Assembly: GCA_030141605.1 (NCBI GenBank)
Contig: JAQGDQ010000334.1
Span: 62,001-126,000, forward strand
From: Tubiluchus corallicola
Taxonomy: Eukaryota; Animalia; Priapulida
DNA length: 64,000 nt
Direction: 5' to 3'
Shown here piece after piece: positions 19,101 to 33,000 of this stretch. The notes under the pieces were generated by a model, which was not told the DNA's origin, searched no databases, and was given only the letters and a program-made list of their open reading frames with translations. Position 1 is the stretch's first letter; each line of letters opens with the position of its first letter. Both the position numbers and the translations under genes were made by a program.

Positions 19101-22100
19101 CATTATTTCAACAATAACCCGGGGGCCGCCTTCAGTCAGACTGAAGCAATATAATATGGGACACCTTTTCAGAAAGATTAACAAACTAAACCAAGGACGA
19201 TTTTTGTTCACCTTTCTAAAAAGGTTTCTCCAGATATTGTTTCCATACATATGAAGATGGCCACACTCATCTGCGCAGGTTGTGGATGAAGTTGCTGTGT
19301 AATCAAAATAAATTTTACAGTGCCTATCTAATGTTCATTCATTAATTTAACCTCTTCGCTGCTGTGCAATTTGTATTCTAGTTGGCACATGGGAATATTT
19401 TAAGAAAACAAAAAGTTGCTAGTTCTACTGTGAAGCCATATCTTGTTCTACACTGTACCTTGTCTGAGCAATCTGAATAGACAAAAATTTATAAAAAGCA
19501 GAAAAGGCTAAATAGAAGGCAGCATCACAACGTAGGCAGCCTCAGACGCCAGCGTTCAGCAATAACAGCAATCTTTTTTGGAGTTATGTACATTTTTTGG
19601 CCATAGGTTTTTTGTAGTTCCTCAGACAATAGAGGACACCGCCGCTCTTTATTTTCAAAAGCTTGATTTTTCAAGTGCACGTGGCATGTGTATTATTGCT
19701 ACAGGCGTAGGCATCAGTTAATTTGCATATTAAGCATGATGGAAGACCAGTCAGAATAGCATTTTCATGACGGGAGATTTTTGTCTTACAGGCACAGTGA
19801 ACACAGTACAGTAGGAATTATTCTAAATGAGCACTGTTGTGACTATTTTAAAAATTGGTACAAGAAAAACTGATTTACCTTCTGTACCATTGCCAGCATT
19901 GTACACATGCTCTAACTGCTTTTGTTGGTCAGCCTGTATTTGAGAAACTAACGTTCTTAATTGCTGATTTTTTGTAGTCTGAGTGTTGTTTAAAGCAGAG
20001 ATGTTTTCGCCGTTGACAAGATGAGTTTCTGCATCATTTGGTATAATCACAGTGTCGAAAAATGCCTAAAATTAAACAAAATTTTACTATACATGCACTG
20101 AAACCAAGCTAATCAGATGCCGGATGTAGACTCGGATTCAAATTAGATTAAAGATTAAACCTATACATTGTACATCAGAGAAGGAAAGTCTTCCAAATGT
20201 CCTAAGACTGCAAGTTGGCATACCGATGATAGTTCTACAAGAGGTAACTGGGGAGTGGAGGGGGTTGCAGCAAAAGTTCTCATCAAAATTTGGAAAGTTG
20301 GGTTTTCACCACATGTATTTAGTGTGGCAATACTGCCAGTATCTTCTTAAATATGGACTAACATTAGAAATGGATTTAAGTAATCACTTTTCTATCATTT
20401 TGCTGGAATGAATATGATAATAAGCCACTTGCCAGGGTAATGATAATTTGAAGCCAGATTCTAAAATCAACTGTCAGCATGGTTACACTAAGTTTTAAAC
20501 TACTAACTATGTGGCAGGTGAAAATTTTGTACTGTAGGCTGCCAAGGCAAGGAGTAGCCAGTAGTGCTGCTGCAAAAAATCAATAAATCTTATCTTCACA
20601 GGAGCAGGCCTATATAAAACAAGAGCTGCATAAGTGCCCATGTGGTTTTAATAGCCAAGTATTTAAGTACGTAGGGACAAATTACTGTACATATGCGTGG
20701 GTCTCCAAAAAACTAATTACCTAGTAATTTTCGAACTTTGGTGAACATTAAAATGTGAAACTGTTTTCCATCTTTACTAGTAAAGAGTGGAAAGAATCTA
20801 AACTTTTTTCCATTAAAAATTTCAGGAAGAATATTTTACATAAAAATTTGTGTCTCTTTGTCTATAGCCTGCCAGTCCGCAAACATTTTCTGGCCTTGTT
20901 GTGCGATGAAAAGATTAAAATATGTAGTTTTTAAGTTGGTTCACTTCATTATTTGCAATGTTGTTTTAAATTAATTTTTGGGCAGCTAAAGTTGAAAATA
21001 AAAGCTCCCCTATCATTCATAGTAATTTAGCAATTGTACTGTAGAAGGTTGACTATCAGAGAGATACGTCAAAATCAGATCCTTCAATCAAGTGTCACTC
21101 TTGACAAGAGTACCACATCCTTCACTGATTTTTCTACTATGTTTATAAATTTTAAGCTTTTTATCTTTATCATGACTAATAAACTTACATTGTTAGCAGT
21201 AAAAACAGCATCAGAATCTTTGTACACTACATTATTAAAAACACTTTGGACATTGGCACCATTAAGGTACACTGCTTGCAAAGAGTTAAAATTTAAAGGC
21301 TGCTCAAATGTTTTCTCTCCATCTATTTGAAAATCACCATCAACAGTCACCATATCAAGTCCAATATCAACATTATTAAGAGCAGAGTCGTCAAACACAG
21401 CAGAGCCTGAAAGAAACAAAGAATTATATATTGACAAAATTGTGCTTGATGAGTTTGGGGCTGGTCACATTTGAGCGCGAGAAAAATTTCAGCCGGTACT
21501 GGTCACATGTTGTACTGCGCTGGACTGGTCATTATGTTGTACTGTACTGGGACTAGTCACATGTTGTACTGTGCTGGGACTGGTAATTATGTTGTATATG
21601 TTGTACTGTACTGGGACTAGTCACATGTTGTACTGTGCTGGGACTGGTCACATGTTGTACTGTGCTGGGACTGGTCACATGTTGTACTGCGCTGGGACTG
21701 GTCATATGTTGTACAGTGCTTGGACTAGTCACATGTTGTACTGCACTGGGACTAGTCACATGCTGTACTGTGCTGGGACTGGTCACATGTTGTACTGCAC
21801 TGGGACTGGTCATGTGTTGTACTGTACTGTACTGGGACTGGTCACGTACTTGTATTGTACTGGGATTGGTCAGGTGTTGTACTGTGCTTGGGCTGGTCAC
21901 ATGTTGTACTGGACTGTATCGGGACTTGTAACGTGTTGTACTGTGCCCGGACTGGTCACGTGTTGTACTGTGCGTGGACTGGTCACATGTTGTACTGTAC
22001 TGGGACTGATAATATGTTGTACTGTACTGACTGGTCAGGTGTTGTACTGTGCTTGGACTGGTCACATGTTGTACTGTGCTTGGACTGGTCACATGTTGTA

Positions 22101-23983
22101 CTGCACTGGGACTGGTCACAGATTGTACTGAGTTCAGCGAGTTGGGACTGATCACACGCTATACTGTCCTGTACTGCACTTGAACTGGTCACATGTTGTA
22201 CTGTACCAAAACTGGTCAAATGGTGTAGTGTGTTGGTACTGGTCACATGTTATACTGTCCTATTTATGTTGGGGTTGTTTAAGTTTTGTATTCTACTTCC
22301 AAGTGTGAGTCAAGTATGTGCTGAGCTGGTCAAGTTTGCAATATTTATGATATTGTTCACTGGCCTAGCACAAAATTGTTGCTATGCAAACATAAAATGG
22401 TACAAAAATAAAACAAAACATAATGATTAATTGTAATTTTCAGAGTACTCCAAAACTTAGCAACAAAATAGAGTTTTCCTGTTCATATTATAAATGTTCA
22501 CCACTTTTACTATAAATTATTATGAAGTGTTTCTGAAAATGGTTATTAGAGGCAAGAGTGTGCTCTATAAATTAATAAGCTTATAAGCTTTAGACAAATA
22601 TTGATTTACTTCGATTGACAAACTCACCAGTTACGGTCACGTCTCCCAGAAATACAAACGGTGCATGAATACTATTATTTCCAGACAGGGAAAGCAAGGA
22701 ATTGTGAAACAGAGAAAGATTAACCGTATCAACAAGACCACCAACTTGAATGGTATCAGCAAATGCATTGTTTATCACAGTGGTGCCAGCAATACGTTCA
22801 TCTGTCTGCTGAAGAATGAGATCTTCAGCAACATTAATGCCATCTATGGAACCTGAAACACAATGTGCATTCATTACATACAGAAACTACGAACAAATTT
22901 TAAGGAAAGATCAAGCCTTCTGAGAAGTTAAACTTATTCAAATGTTCGCAAGGACAAGATGTTAGAAGGACTTCGTAATAAAAGTGTGATAAGCGCATTG
23001 AGTAATTAGTAAAATCACATTTAAGGTCTTGATCATTTCACACCTGGGTGTTCACATTTTGATCGTTCATTCTTCCACCAAAAACATCATCTATCAACTG
23101 AAGAAAACAACTCACTGTCAATTTCCATCTGAAGCATAAGAACTTTTTGAAAAAAATTAAATAGCTAACTTTGTGATGTTTTTGCATGAACATTAGGTAA
23201 GCTGCAGAAGTTTTGAATTAGTTTAAACAGTGCGCTCTTATAGAAGCCCTGTGAAGTCACAAAGCACATCAATTAGGTCATAATTTTCAAGTGATACCAA
23301 CGTGACTGAAAATTTCTATACAGCGGTAGTATAAATAAACTTTATGTTTTACAGACAGTTTTTGCCAATTTTTTTGTTATATTTTTCTAAATTTAAGTGA
23401 TAGCACTGAAATAAACCTAACGTGTTAAGTGACTTCTCTTTTCCTTTAATCTCAAAACAGGATTTTCTTGTCAACTAACCGAGTTTTTCAAAGTGCAAAA
23501 CAAAGCATGTAAAGCTCATCTTAGTAAAAAAAACGACAAATTTACACTAGAAAAAATTTCAATAGACTCTCAGATTGAAATAAATTAAAGTATGAATTTT
23601 TATGGCTAACCTTAACAAAAAAAAAACACCACTGTGCAGTATTTTGTGGCTGAAACACTTATAAAAAATGACTTTGTGGATGCTTTAACAAATAAATGTC
23701 TTCCATGCAAAGAGCAGCTTGCCAATTAAAATGGATCTCTGTAGTTTACACAAGTCATTCTGATTTATGTAACTTATTACTCAAATCTTTGGATTACTAG
23801 ACGATAAGACATCATTTTCAAACAAAGATATTCGAATGTTCCATGCCTATCATTAATAATGCTGTTTAGGCAATCAACACATTAAGTACCTAGTACCTAT
23901 TCATGACCTGTTCTTTTCCTTAATCATTTGATAATTCATTTATTAATTGTATCAAAAACTTTACGATATATCATTCTATATGG

Positions 23984-24075
<92 letters not shown>

Positions 24076-27000
24076 TTAGTAAATGTTTACAAAATTAAAT
24101 TGAAAGTTGTAATAAATAGTTTCTAAATATGCTTACCACTAACTTCTAAAATATTACAGCTGATTCCACTCCGATATATTTTTAAAGAACTTATGTTCTG
24201 GTATCCAGTTGTATACACAGTTGAAGCAGCAAGTGCAGAGATACTGATTCCATTGATCAAGTCGACGAATACATCAGAAGCTGCTGTAATATCATTTCTT
24301 ACTTTGACATCTTTAGTAAAATTTTTTTCACCATATATCACCTGCAATAGTTTATATTGTAGTGCTTTCAAAAAACTTATTGTTATAATACTTTAGAAAA
24401 ACTGAAAAACTTCTACAGAATCTACTCTGACCATATTCAGTTCCAATGGGTTGGTCACGCAAGTCACACTAAGAATATTGCAAAGTGTAAGAAAAAGACA
24501 TGTCATCCTTGAGTTTATGCTGGTGGTTTAATATCTGCTTCAACTCAACATCATTTTCTTATAATTCAACAGTTTTGTTTCTTTTACCTCTAATTTAAAT
24601 CAAACACTGCACACTTTTAATATTTGCAAAACATCCATTCATTGCAAATCATCGCCCACCTGTATTTACTTTACCATTAATAAAATCATCAATATGCTAA
24701 CTTTAACAATGAAACTTAGACAAAACTATGTCAGAGTTTTGACAGACGAAAACAATACATTTATGACCATCATGATATGATGCGATAAGTTATTTTAAAT
24801 GTAAAAACCGAACGATACTGAACGTGTGGTTAGTTATTGTGTAAGGAGTCTTAGGGTATTTAAACACCTTATTTTTTTGTAAGTTGTTTCCTCGTTAATG
24901 TACAGACATATGGAATTTATGACAAAGTTTTTTTCTTTGTTTAGTCATAAAATAATATTAATATGTGAGCACAGATAAATATATTAAGTATTTATGTATT
25001 ACTACAGAATATATTTATTTATTTGAGCTGCACTGCCTGCAGGCAACTGGAAAAATGCCTCCAAAAATACTGCACTTAGCATTTGTGTATAAGTAAATTG
25101 ATTAAAGACAACCGCTATTGCAGGAAGAAAAAACATGATTACTTATAAATAACTCTTTCTTCCTTTTTTTGCATAATTCTAGTGCATAAATGAAACAGCA
25201 AAGTAAAATGATTTTATAAAGGTGAACAATAAGCAGCGATAAGTTCAATACGACAGCGATATTCCTAGGATAATAATGATAAGATAACAATAAAAAGTAA
25301 TTTTCGAATCGATACAATAATCGATAATTATAGATACATATCGTTACCGTTAACATCCCTAACCTGAACATAAAAATCTCAGTCAATTTTCTAGTTTTAA
25401 CTACATTAAGCTTTTAAAAAATGCTGCAATTTAGAAAGATTTATTTAAAAAAGATAGTATAAAGGAATTTACCTGTTCAACAGACTGTAGTACAAGGTCA
25501 GCAATTAAATCATTAACATTTAGTCCATTTACTTCAGCATTAAAATGTAAGTGGCTGGCAAACACATCTAAAAGTAATCATTGAGAATATAATTTATTTT
25601 CCATCTATTATTGTGTTTCACAGTCATTTGAAGAACTTTTTAGAAAGTAAATCAGGTACAAGAGCATGGAATGCTTCTTGAAACGTCTATGAAAAACTAA
25701 GGAAAATATATATTAGGCCTATAGAGAGAAGCTATTAGAAATTGTCAAATTCTGGAATATCAAATTTAAGGATGGCCAGGGTTTGGCTCTGTATATAAGG
25801 TGCCTGCACTTCATATGAATGAGGTGGGTTCGATACTCACATCAGGCACAACTATTCAAAAACACTCACTGTTTACCTAGTAAAGGATTCCAAATATGGC
25901 TAAGACACCTCTGCTGGTTTAACGGCTCATCTTAAATGGATATATACTTGATAATGCGTGAGGCTCCAGTCATGCCTCAAAACTTATCTCTGAGTAGACT
26001 TTGCCTTTAACTACTTGGGTGCAGTGTGTCGAAGTATATAAAAAAATTATTATTAAATCCGAATTTACCTGTAGCAAAAGTAAATCTATTTTCTATAACT
26101 TGCTCAGCAGTTATTGACAAATACTCCTCATAGAACTTTGAAATGTCAATTTCATCCAAAAGACCATTAACTGTTGCATGAGAATTCAGTTCTGCAGCTT
26201 CAAAAGTCATGTTTGCGGTTACAGTTTCGGGTTGGTCCAATCTCACAGCCAATTCACTCAGCTTTAATAAAACAAATTAATTAATTTTAAAAAACTGACA
26301 ACTACAGACAAAGAAATACTCTCACACGAAGCAGGTATAAAATATCGCAAGCAGCTCTTTTTCTGGGAAAAAGACCTTCAGCAAATGGCCTTCAGGGAGT
26401 AAGTGTTTACTATGAAATTTCAGTTCAAAGGCATAAAACAAGTCATTTCAGGCATTCAGAAAGGGCCTTAAGAGGGAAAACCATTTTAATGTAACTATTG
26501 GTGAGCTGATTGAAACTTTTGCACTTTTAGGTATTAGGCTCATAGGGAGAATATGTTTTTATAACAAGTTTCCAAGCAATGCCAAATTGGGCTTTTAGTG
26601 GCAAATTTCTACTGTATTCACATAAAATTCATCTAGCGATTACAATGTAGTGATTAAACACATTTACATTTGAAGGAACACTCACTTCATCAATGCTGAC
26701 AGAAAACACCCCTTTAACAAGGTTTCCTTTAATATCAATATTGCCAGATTCCATAACCAATCCACCAGCAAAAATAATGCTATCACCAAACGTAGCATCA
26801 AGATGAGTTTTCACGATGTTTTCCAGTCTAGTATTATCTATGGAATCTACTGATACATCATCTACAAACGAAAACTATTGCATCAGAATTTAAAGAGAAA
26901 CATGACGTGATATTAAATCAATTACAATTGACATAACAGATGCAACAGTCATTTTATCCACACAAGTTTACTGCTGTCCACTTCTGATATTTTAGTAGAT

Positions 27001-30000
27001 GCCACTTAACAGACCCACGTTGAGATGAAAGTGTTTTGACCCAATTAACTGACTGAACCTATCAGCCTATTACTAGCACAGAACTACAAATCATCAGTCC
27101 TTAGCTTAGTATGCACTGGAAAGTCTGGCTCTTAAGTTTTCACCCTTATATACTATTTTTCAAAATTAACTCTGAGCTCTTAGTTGCTCTATGATGAATC
27201 GCTTGTAAAATGTAAAGTGGCAAAGAATGCTGGTACATTACTGCCACTGCGTAGGTGGCACAACAGCAGCAACTAAATTATTAAAACTTCTGTGAAAACT
27301 AGCAAGATCCTCAAAAGGAAATTGCTAGGCAAGTGATTAAGTTCAGCTTCTATAAATTCTTGGCCAGAGGACCAACAGGTGACACAGATTAAAGGCAAAA
27401 TGCTATGCGAACATATTAGTGCATGATAAACAAACATGCTTACAAACGAAACAGTACTTAACACGATTGTTTATACATATATTATAATTCACAGAAGCCC
27501 AGTAAAGGTGACATAACAGTAAAAACTCTTTGATTAAGTGTCTTATTTTAAGTACACAAAGCAAAGCTATTAAGTCAATTATGTGGAGTTATTTTAGTCA
27601 ACTGCTGACAGTTTTTATATACATTTGAAGAGTGGCCAGTACTAGGCATTTTTTGAGTCAATTAAGCTGCTGATTCTATTAACAGTGAGTCTAAGAAATG
27701 GCATCTACTGTATTAGATGTAAAATAACGCAATGTGCAACAATGTTTTACTGCATTGTTCTCCATCAATTTCACACTTTACCTGCAGCCACTGGGCCAAC
27801 CAAGGTAATGGTCACAAGGAGTGTTTGATTTTTGGTCTTAGACATGGCGTTTTTGCTTAGCAGTGACACATTTACTTGGTTTACCAGGCCATCAAGGTTT
27901 CCAATTACCACCAAACCTCTGCAAGAATTTAAAAAAAGTAAATATTTCCTACCAGCACAAGGAATCATATTTGTTATTTAAATATCTGTTAATGGTACAA
28001 ACAGCAATTTATGTACGTTTCTAGAAAGTGTTATTTGCTATAAATTCATATCTACATATCTAAATACAGTCGAACCCTCCCGTTATAAAGTCAGCCTCGC
28101 CATAATGCCAACTATTGCCCTGTCCCGATTTCTGTAATATATTAAACACAGGGAATACCGCCAACCTCGCCTACCAGCATCTGCCAATGTATCTGTGTGA
28201 TAGAAGTCTATTTTACATAATAAATTTACCCTGTTATAATGCCAGCCAAGATAAAACACAATGAATCGTTGCTGAAAAACAGCCATTGTGTTGTAAAAAC
28301 AATGACCTCTGATGTGAATTTAACGGTTGTAAAAGCTCTTTGCCTCAAAGCCAAGTTATATGAAGCAGCTATTTATAGTCTTAATTATCTTGTTATGTTG
28401 AGAGCATGGCCGGGTTGGCTGCATATTTCTCTTATCAGGAGACAGCAGTATTACACGTGCATTAATTTTGTTAATGCAGCTAAAATGTACAGTATAATAC
28501 ATGTATTGATGTAGGTATAATAATATTATACTATTTATGTTGTATTTTTGCAACAAAAATTTGAAAGTAAAATTATTTACAACAACAGTTAGTACACTAT
28601 CCGCTTCAGAAAAACATTATACGACTCTAAATTTCAGAGTACTAGGCAGATTAGTAAAACAGTAAGTACTTTACTTTAAAAATGTTTTTGTTCCTTCCAC
28701 AGTGCCTGGAACAGACTTTCTCACAGCTGTAGTATTTAACTCCATAAAGTTAACCCCATTTACATCATCACAGGCAGTATTGTGTAAAGTCAAGTTATTT
28801 GCGAAGACAATATTGCCTAAAATGGAACATTGCTCAAAATAAAGCTAGCAAAAAAAAATTCTTATGAATCTAACCAGCAACAGAATATAATAATATGTTA
28901 CTTGTGTAAAAACAGATGTCTTTCTTGAAAAATTATCATATAAGTAGTCTATTTCCTAGTAAATCTGAAAGAAAACTGCAACATGTCTTGTAATAATTTT
29001 TGAATTTGCTCAAACAGATTTAAAGAATAGTAAACTATCTCTAGTATATCATTGTTGCAAAGCATAAGTATTTTCGAGTATTAACTTGGGCTTGAAGAAA
29101 AATAAATTTCATGATGGCTAATCAGTCTTTTCTGCTAATTCAGTTGGAACATGTTGTGGAAAGTTCACAGTGAAAGTAATGACATCATCTCGCCCATCGC
29201 TGTCAACACATTTTCAAAAAACAAAGTTCTTTTTACCGAAAAATGTTTGCGACTTTGTAAGACTTGCCGTATCTCTAAACACCTCATCAATGTCCAAGTT
29301 ATCCAAATAACCATTAGTAGTAATGCTGCCTGTAACTAAAACAAAAGAATGAATTAATAATATCTTTTTTGAACCCCTTTTCATAGAATTTCAATTATAA
29401 AATTATCAGTTCTATTTTTAATGAGGAAATTCAGGTTCTTCTTTAACTACAGCAATTTTTTGCTTCCATATTATTTTACTACATGGAATGTTTCCAAGGG
29501 GCAAGATGTTCACAATTATAACAACAAGAACAGAAACTTAATTTGGCCCAACAATTTTACATTCTATTTTTGCTGAGAGCTCATTAAAACCCAAAATTTA
29601 TAGCATTGTTAGTGATGTAACATGCTGTGTTACTGACAAGGCTATTACACACAGCTATAAGGCTTATAAAAATACTGTAAGGTGCATTGCATTAACATGT
29701 ACACCAATGTATGTCAACTTAAAAATTGCTACATATGTGATTTGTGTAGGACATAGTGTAGCACTTTGCTCGCATTTATAACTAGAAATGTTATTAGCTA
29801 TTTGGTGAATCTTTGTCCATTAAACTTTTGCTTCACACACCGATTATCCCTTGCCTTTCCATTACCATTCCTCTTTTCCTCCCCCATTCATCACCAACCC
29901 TTTTATCTTTTGTATTTTTTGAGGTGGCCTTCGCACAATGTGGCAGTATTGCCATCCCACTGTCATGCAGTTGTTTTTAATGGTCACTAGTAATTAATCT

Positions 30001-33000
30001 GCCACATTCATGTGCATTAAGATACAGACTCCACAGTTGTTTCGTATGTTCAGTATGTAATAAATAAACTTGAAATTTGAAACTTTTAAAACAAAATTAC
30101 GATGCTGGACATCCACAGACAAATAGTAACATTTAAAAACACAATACTGCATATGCCATATCACAAGACATTTCAATTTTAGACTAACACTAATGAGCAG
30201 GGAGTTTGCTATGTATGCAACCCGACTTGCTATATATACCTTATCATGCTTATAAACTACTAGAATCATTTATTGTTTCTTTAAGCTGTTAGCACAGTAC
30301 TGTAGAAGTTTTGCTATATCTATATGGCCATCAGATAAATGAGTGGATGCTTACTGTTGAGATCAGCAGTGATGCGCACTGTCGTGTTGATGACTATGTT
30401 GTCATTATTTATTAAAACAGCATTACTGAATGTCTTTGAAAGATCAACACTGTTAACATTATCATTAACTTCAATGTCATCAGCAAACAGCCATCCTTCA
30501 ATTGTCACTCCAGGAATAACTTTTGAACCTAAGAAAATATAATTATTATACAAATATATAAGTTAGTAAAATTTACATATATATATATATAGCTAGTGCA
30601 AATACTTTTCTATAATAAGTATTAGTTAGTTGGTATTGGTTAGATAACTATAACTAGTATCCCTTCGGATAATAAGCACTGGCTGTTACCCATCCAACCA
30701 TCATGGGAAAATTCAAGAACTAGGTTTTGTTAAGTCCATTGTATGCTTGCTCAGATGTTAGCATGGAAAGCTGTATTCAAGTTTAAGAACCAACAGTGGA
30801 AAAGTAATACTTGAAATTTTTGGAGGCTACACACAAAATTACTCCTAAATGGGGTCGGTAGTGTGTCGGTAGTTCACCAGTGTACATGCTAATCAGATTT
30901 GATAATGTCTGATCACTCGAAGCATTAGCATCTTTCTAATTCTGTAAAGTGTGTACAACAACAATGCGAGAAACTACGTGGGACAGGACTACAACCTGTA
31001 AATAAATTGCCTAAACAAGAAGCCAGTCTGTTAACATTGACATTAACATTGTTCGGGCTTCATAGCTACCTTCAATATCGCAAAGGTAGCAAAGGTGCTG
31101 CAAAGATAAAATACTGATAAGTACTACTGTTCAACAGATTCAACAATTTTCACCAGAAAAACATGTTATAATGAATTTTCTAGTTAGCAAGGTAGTTAAA
31201 TTTCATCTAAACCAGGGGTGTGTAAATTATCTGACTAGCCGGGACACATTAAACATTCCCGCAATTCCTGCGGGCCACGGGCAGTTTGATCAAGAAGCCA
31301 GGTACAGTAGGACCGAATAACGATTTTTTGCATCCAATCCGCGCACATCATTACTACTGCACTACTACACTCAAGAAACTATTTTGGAAGTTATTAAAAT
31401 TTATATTAAAAACCACATATACATATTCTACTTTTACAACAGATAGTGGTAATTTCATTACAATGCATATTAGTAATGTGTATCACACAGTCTGTGTAGT
31501 ACAGTGCATATTAATCTGTCTTGTCGATGTTCTTCGTCAATCTTCCTCTTTTTTCTTATCCATGATTCTGATCTATAAGAACACTACAACTGATGAAACA
31601 ACGAAACAGCCACTGATCCAGGTGTGTACTACTGAGTCCAAGCAGAAACTAAAATCTGGGAATCCCCCCTATATCAGGGGTGACCACACTTTCAGCTTGC
31701 TGGTTACTTACAAATTGATCTGCTCAGTCGTCTTCTTGGTCATAGTAGGTAGTACAAGTCATTTTGACTTGCTTATTTTTGTTTGTAATTTATGTTGTAA
31801 AATAACCAAGACAAAATGATCTCACTGCTGTGACCAAGAAGACGACTGGGCAGATCAATTTGTAAGTAAGATTGGCTGGTTGGTCTTCCTACCAGCCAAT
31901 CAGGTTGCTTCTCGCATTTCTTGCACGTTTGAGCGTTTCGATGGCGGCTTCCATGATAGTTTGTTGTGTTCTGGAATGGTCCAAGTGAGCAACGTGGAAT
32001 TTCGTCATGTCCGACAGTGACATTCAGTGACAACCGTCTTGTAAAGGGTTAATGCCACCCGATCTAGTGGAAAAAACTACAGGTACTATCTTTGCAATCA
32101 TGGAGTGGCCTTCAGCTGGATACACTCAATTCATCGCCCGGGCTGCACTTTCATTAGGTTGATAATCTCTTCGCGGGCCGCACAAAATCTCTCGGCGGGT
32201 CGCACTTTGCATACCCCTGATCTAAAGCACTTTCTACTGGCATTCATTACAAGCAAAAAGTATGTAAAGCAATATTGAAAGATGCAAGTGTAGTAACAAG
32301 TGAATTTGAAATGACGTACCAGACACAACCTGTGAAGCATTCAGCAAAAGGATATCACTAACAAAAACACTGTTCAACGTTCCATACAGTTGAGCTCGCT
32401 GTACTTCGACGTCTTCGAAACACATTAAACCATTAAATACAGTTTCACTATCCAATGTTACAATCTAAAAATAAAAATAGTATATCAGATGTACATAGTG
32501 AACACATGCAATGATAGAACCAGATACCTGTCCAATGCTAAATAATACTTCAGTGAGCACATTCGGTGTGGCTTGACTTTTTCAAGCTAAAGTGCACTAA
32601 AGTAGGACAATGGCACCTAAAGGTGTAGCTCTAGTTTTCTCTGCAATTCATGAAATTCCTATGCAATAGTCGTGTATTGCATGCACAGCAGTTAAATATA
32701 TTTTATCTTCAAGTGCAGAGTCAAACAGAGGTGTAGCAAATTGCCCTAAATGAGTTCGATGTTTAATCAAGATAACTGCACACAAGAAAGTTTTGTGACA
32801 CAGGTAATTAGACCATCCAAATGAGGTAGTGTTTTCAGAAGATTGTAATCGTGATACCTTATGGTCAATAAAAGCAACCTATGAAATGGAAACAGATTTG
32901 GTGACCTTTGATCCAGTATCCCCAAATGCTTTTATATCTATGACCCAGTTTGCTCACCAAAAGTTTAGTTTTTATGATCCATGAGTTGCAGAAGAGCTAG

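Noticed and set aside
21490-22258. Minisatellite as a CRISPR array or a repeat-protein gene (ORFs 21553-22155, 21571-22131)
   Set aside because: The units are head-to-tail with no unique spacers, there are no cas genes, and it lies in an animal intron. The ORFs are a by-product of the 27-bp period.
31286-31819. 177-aa ORF inside the hAT MITE as a transposase or cargo gene
   Set aside because: It has a TTG start and no hAT, DDE or BED motifs, and it runs through the hairpin arm.
32040-32052. AAAGGG-TTAA as the end of a nested piggyBac element
   Set aside because: No matching TTAA-CCCTTT partner end was found nearby.
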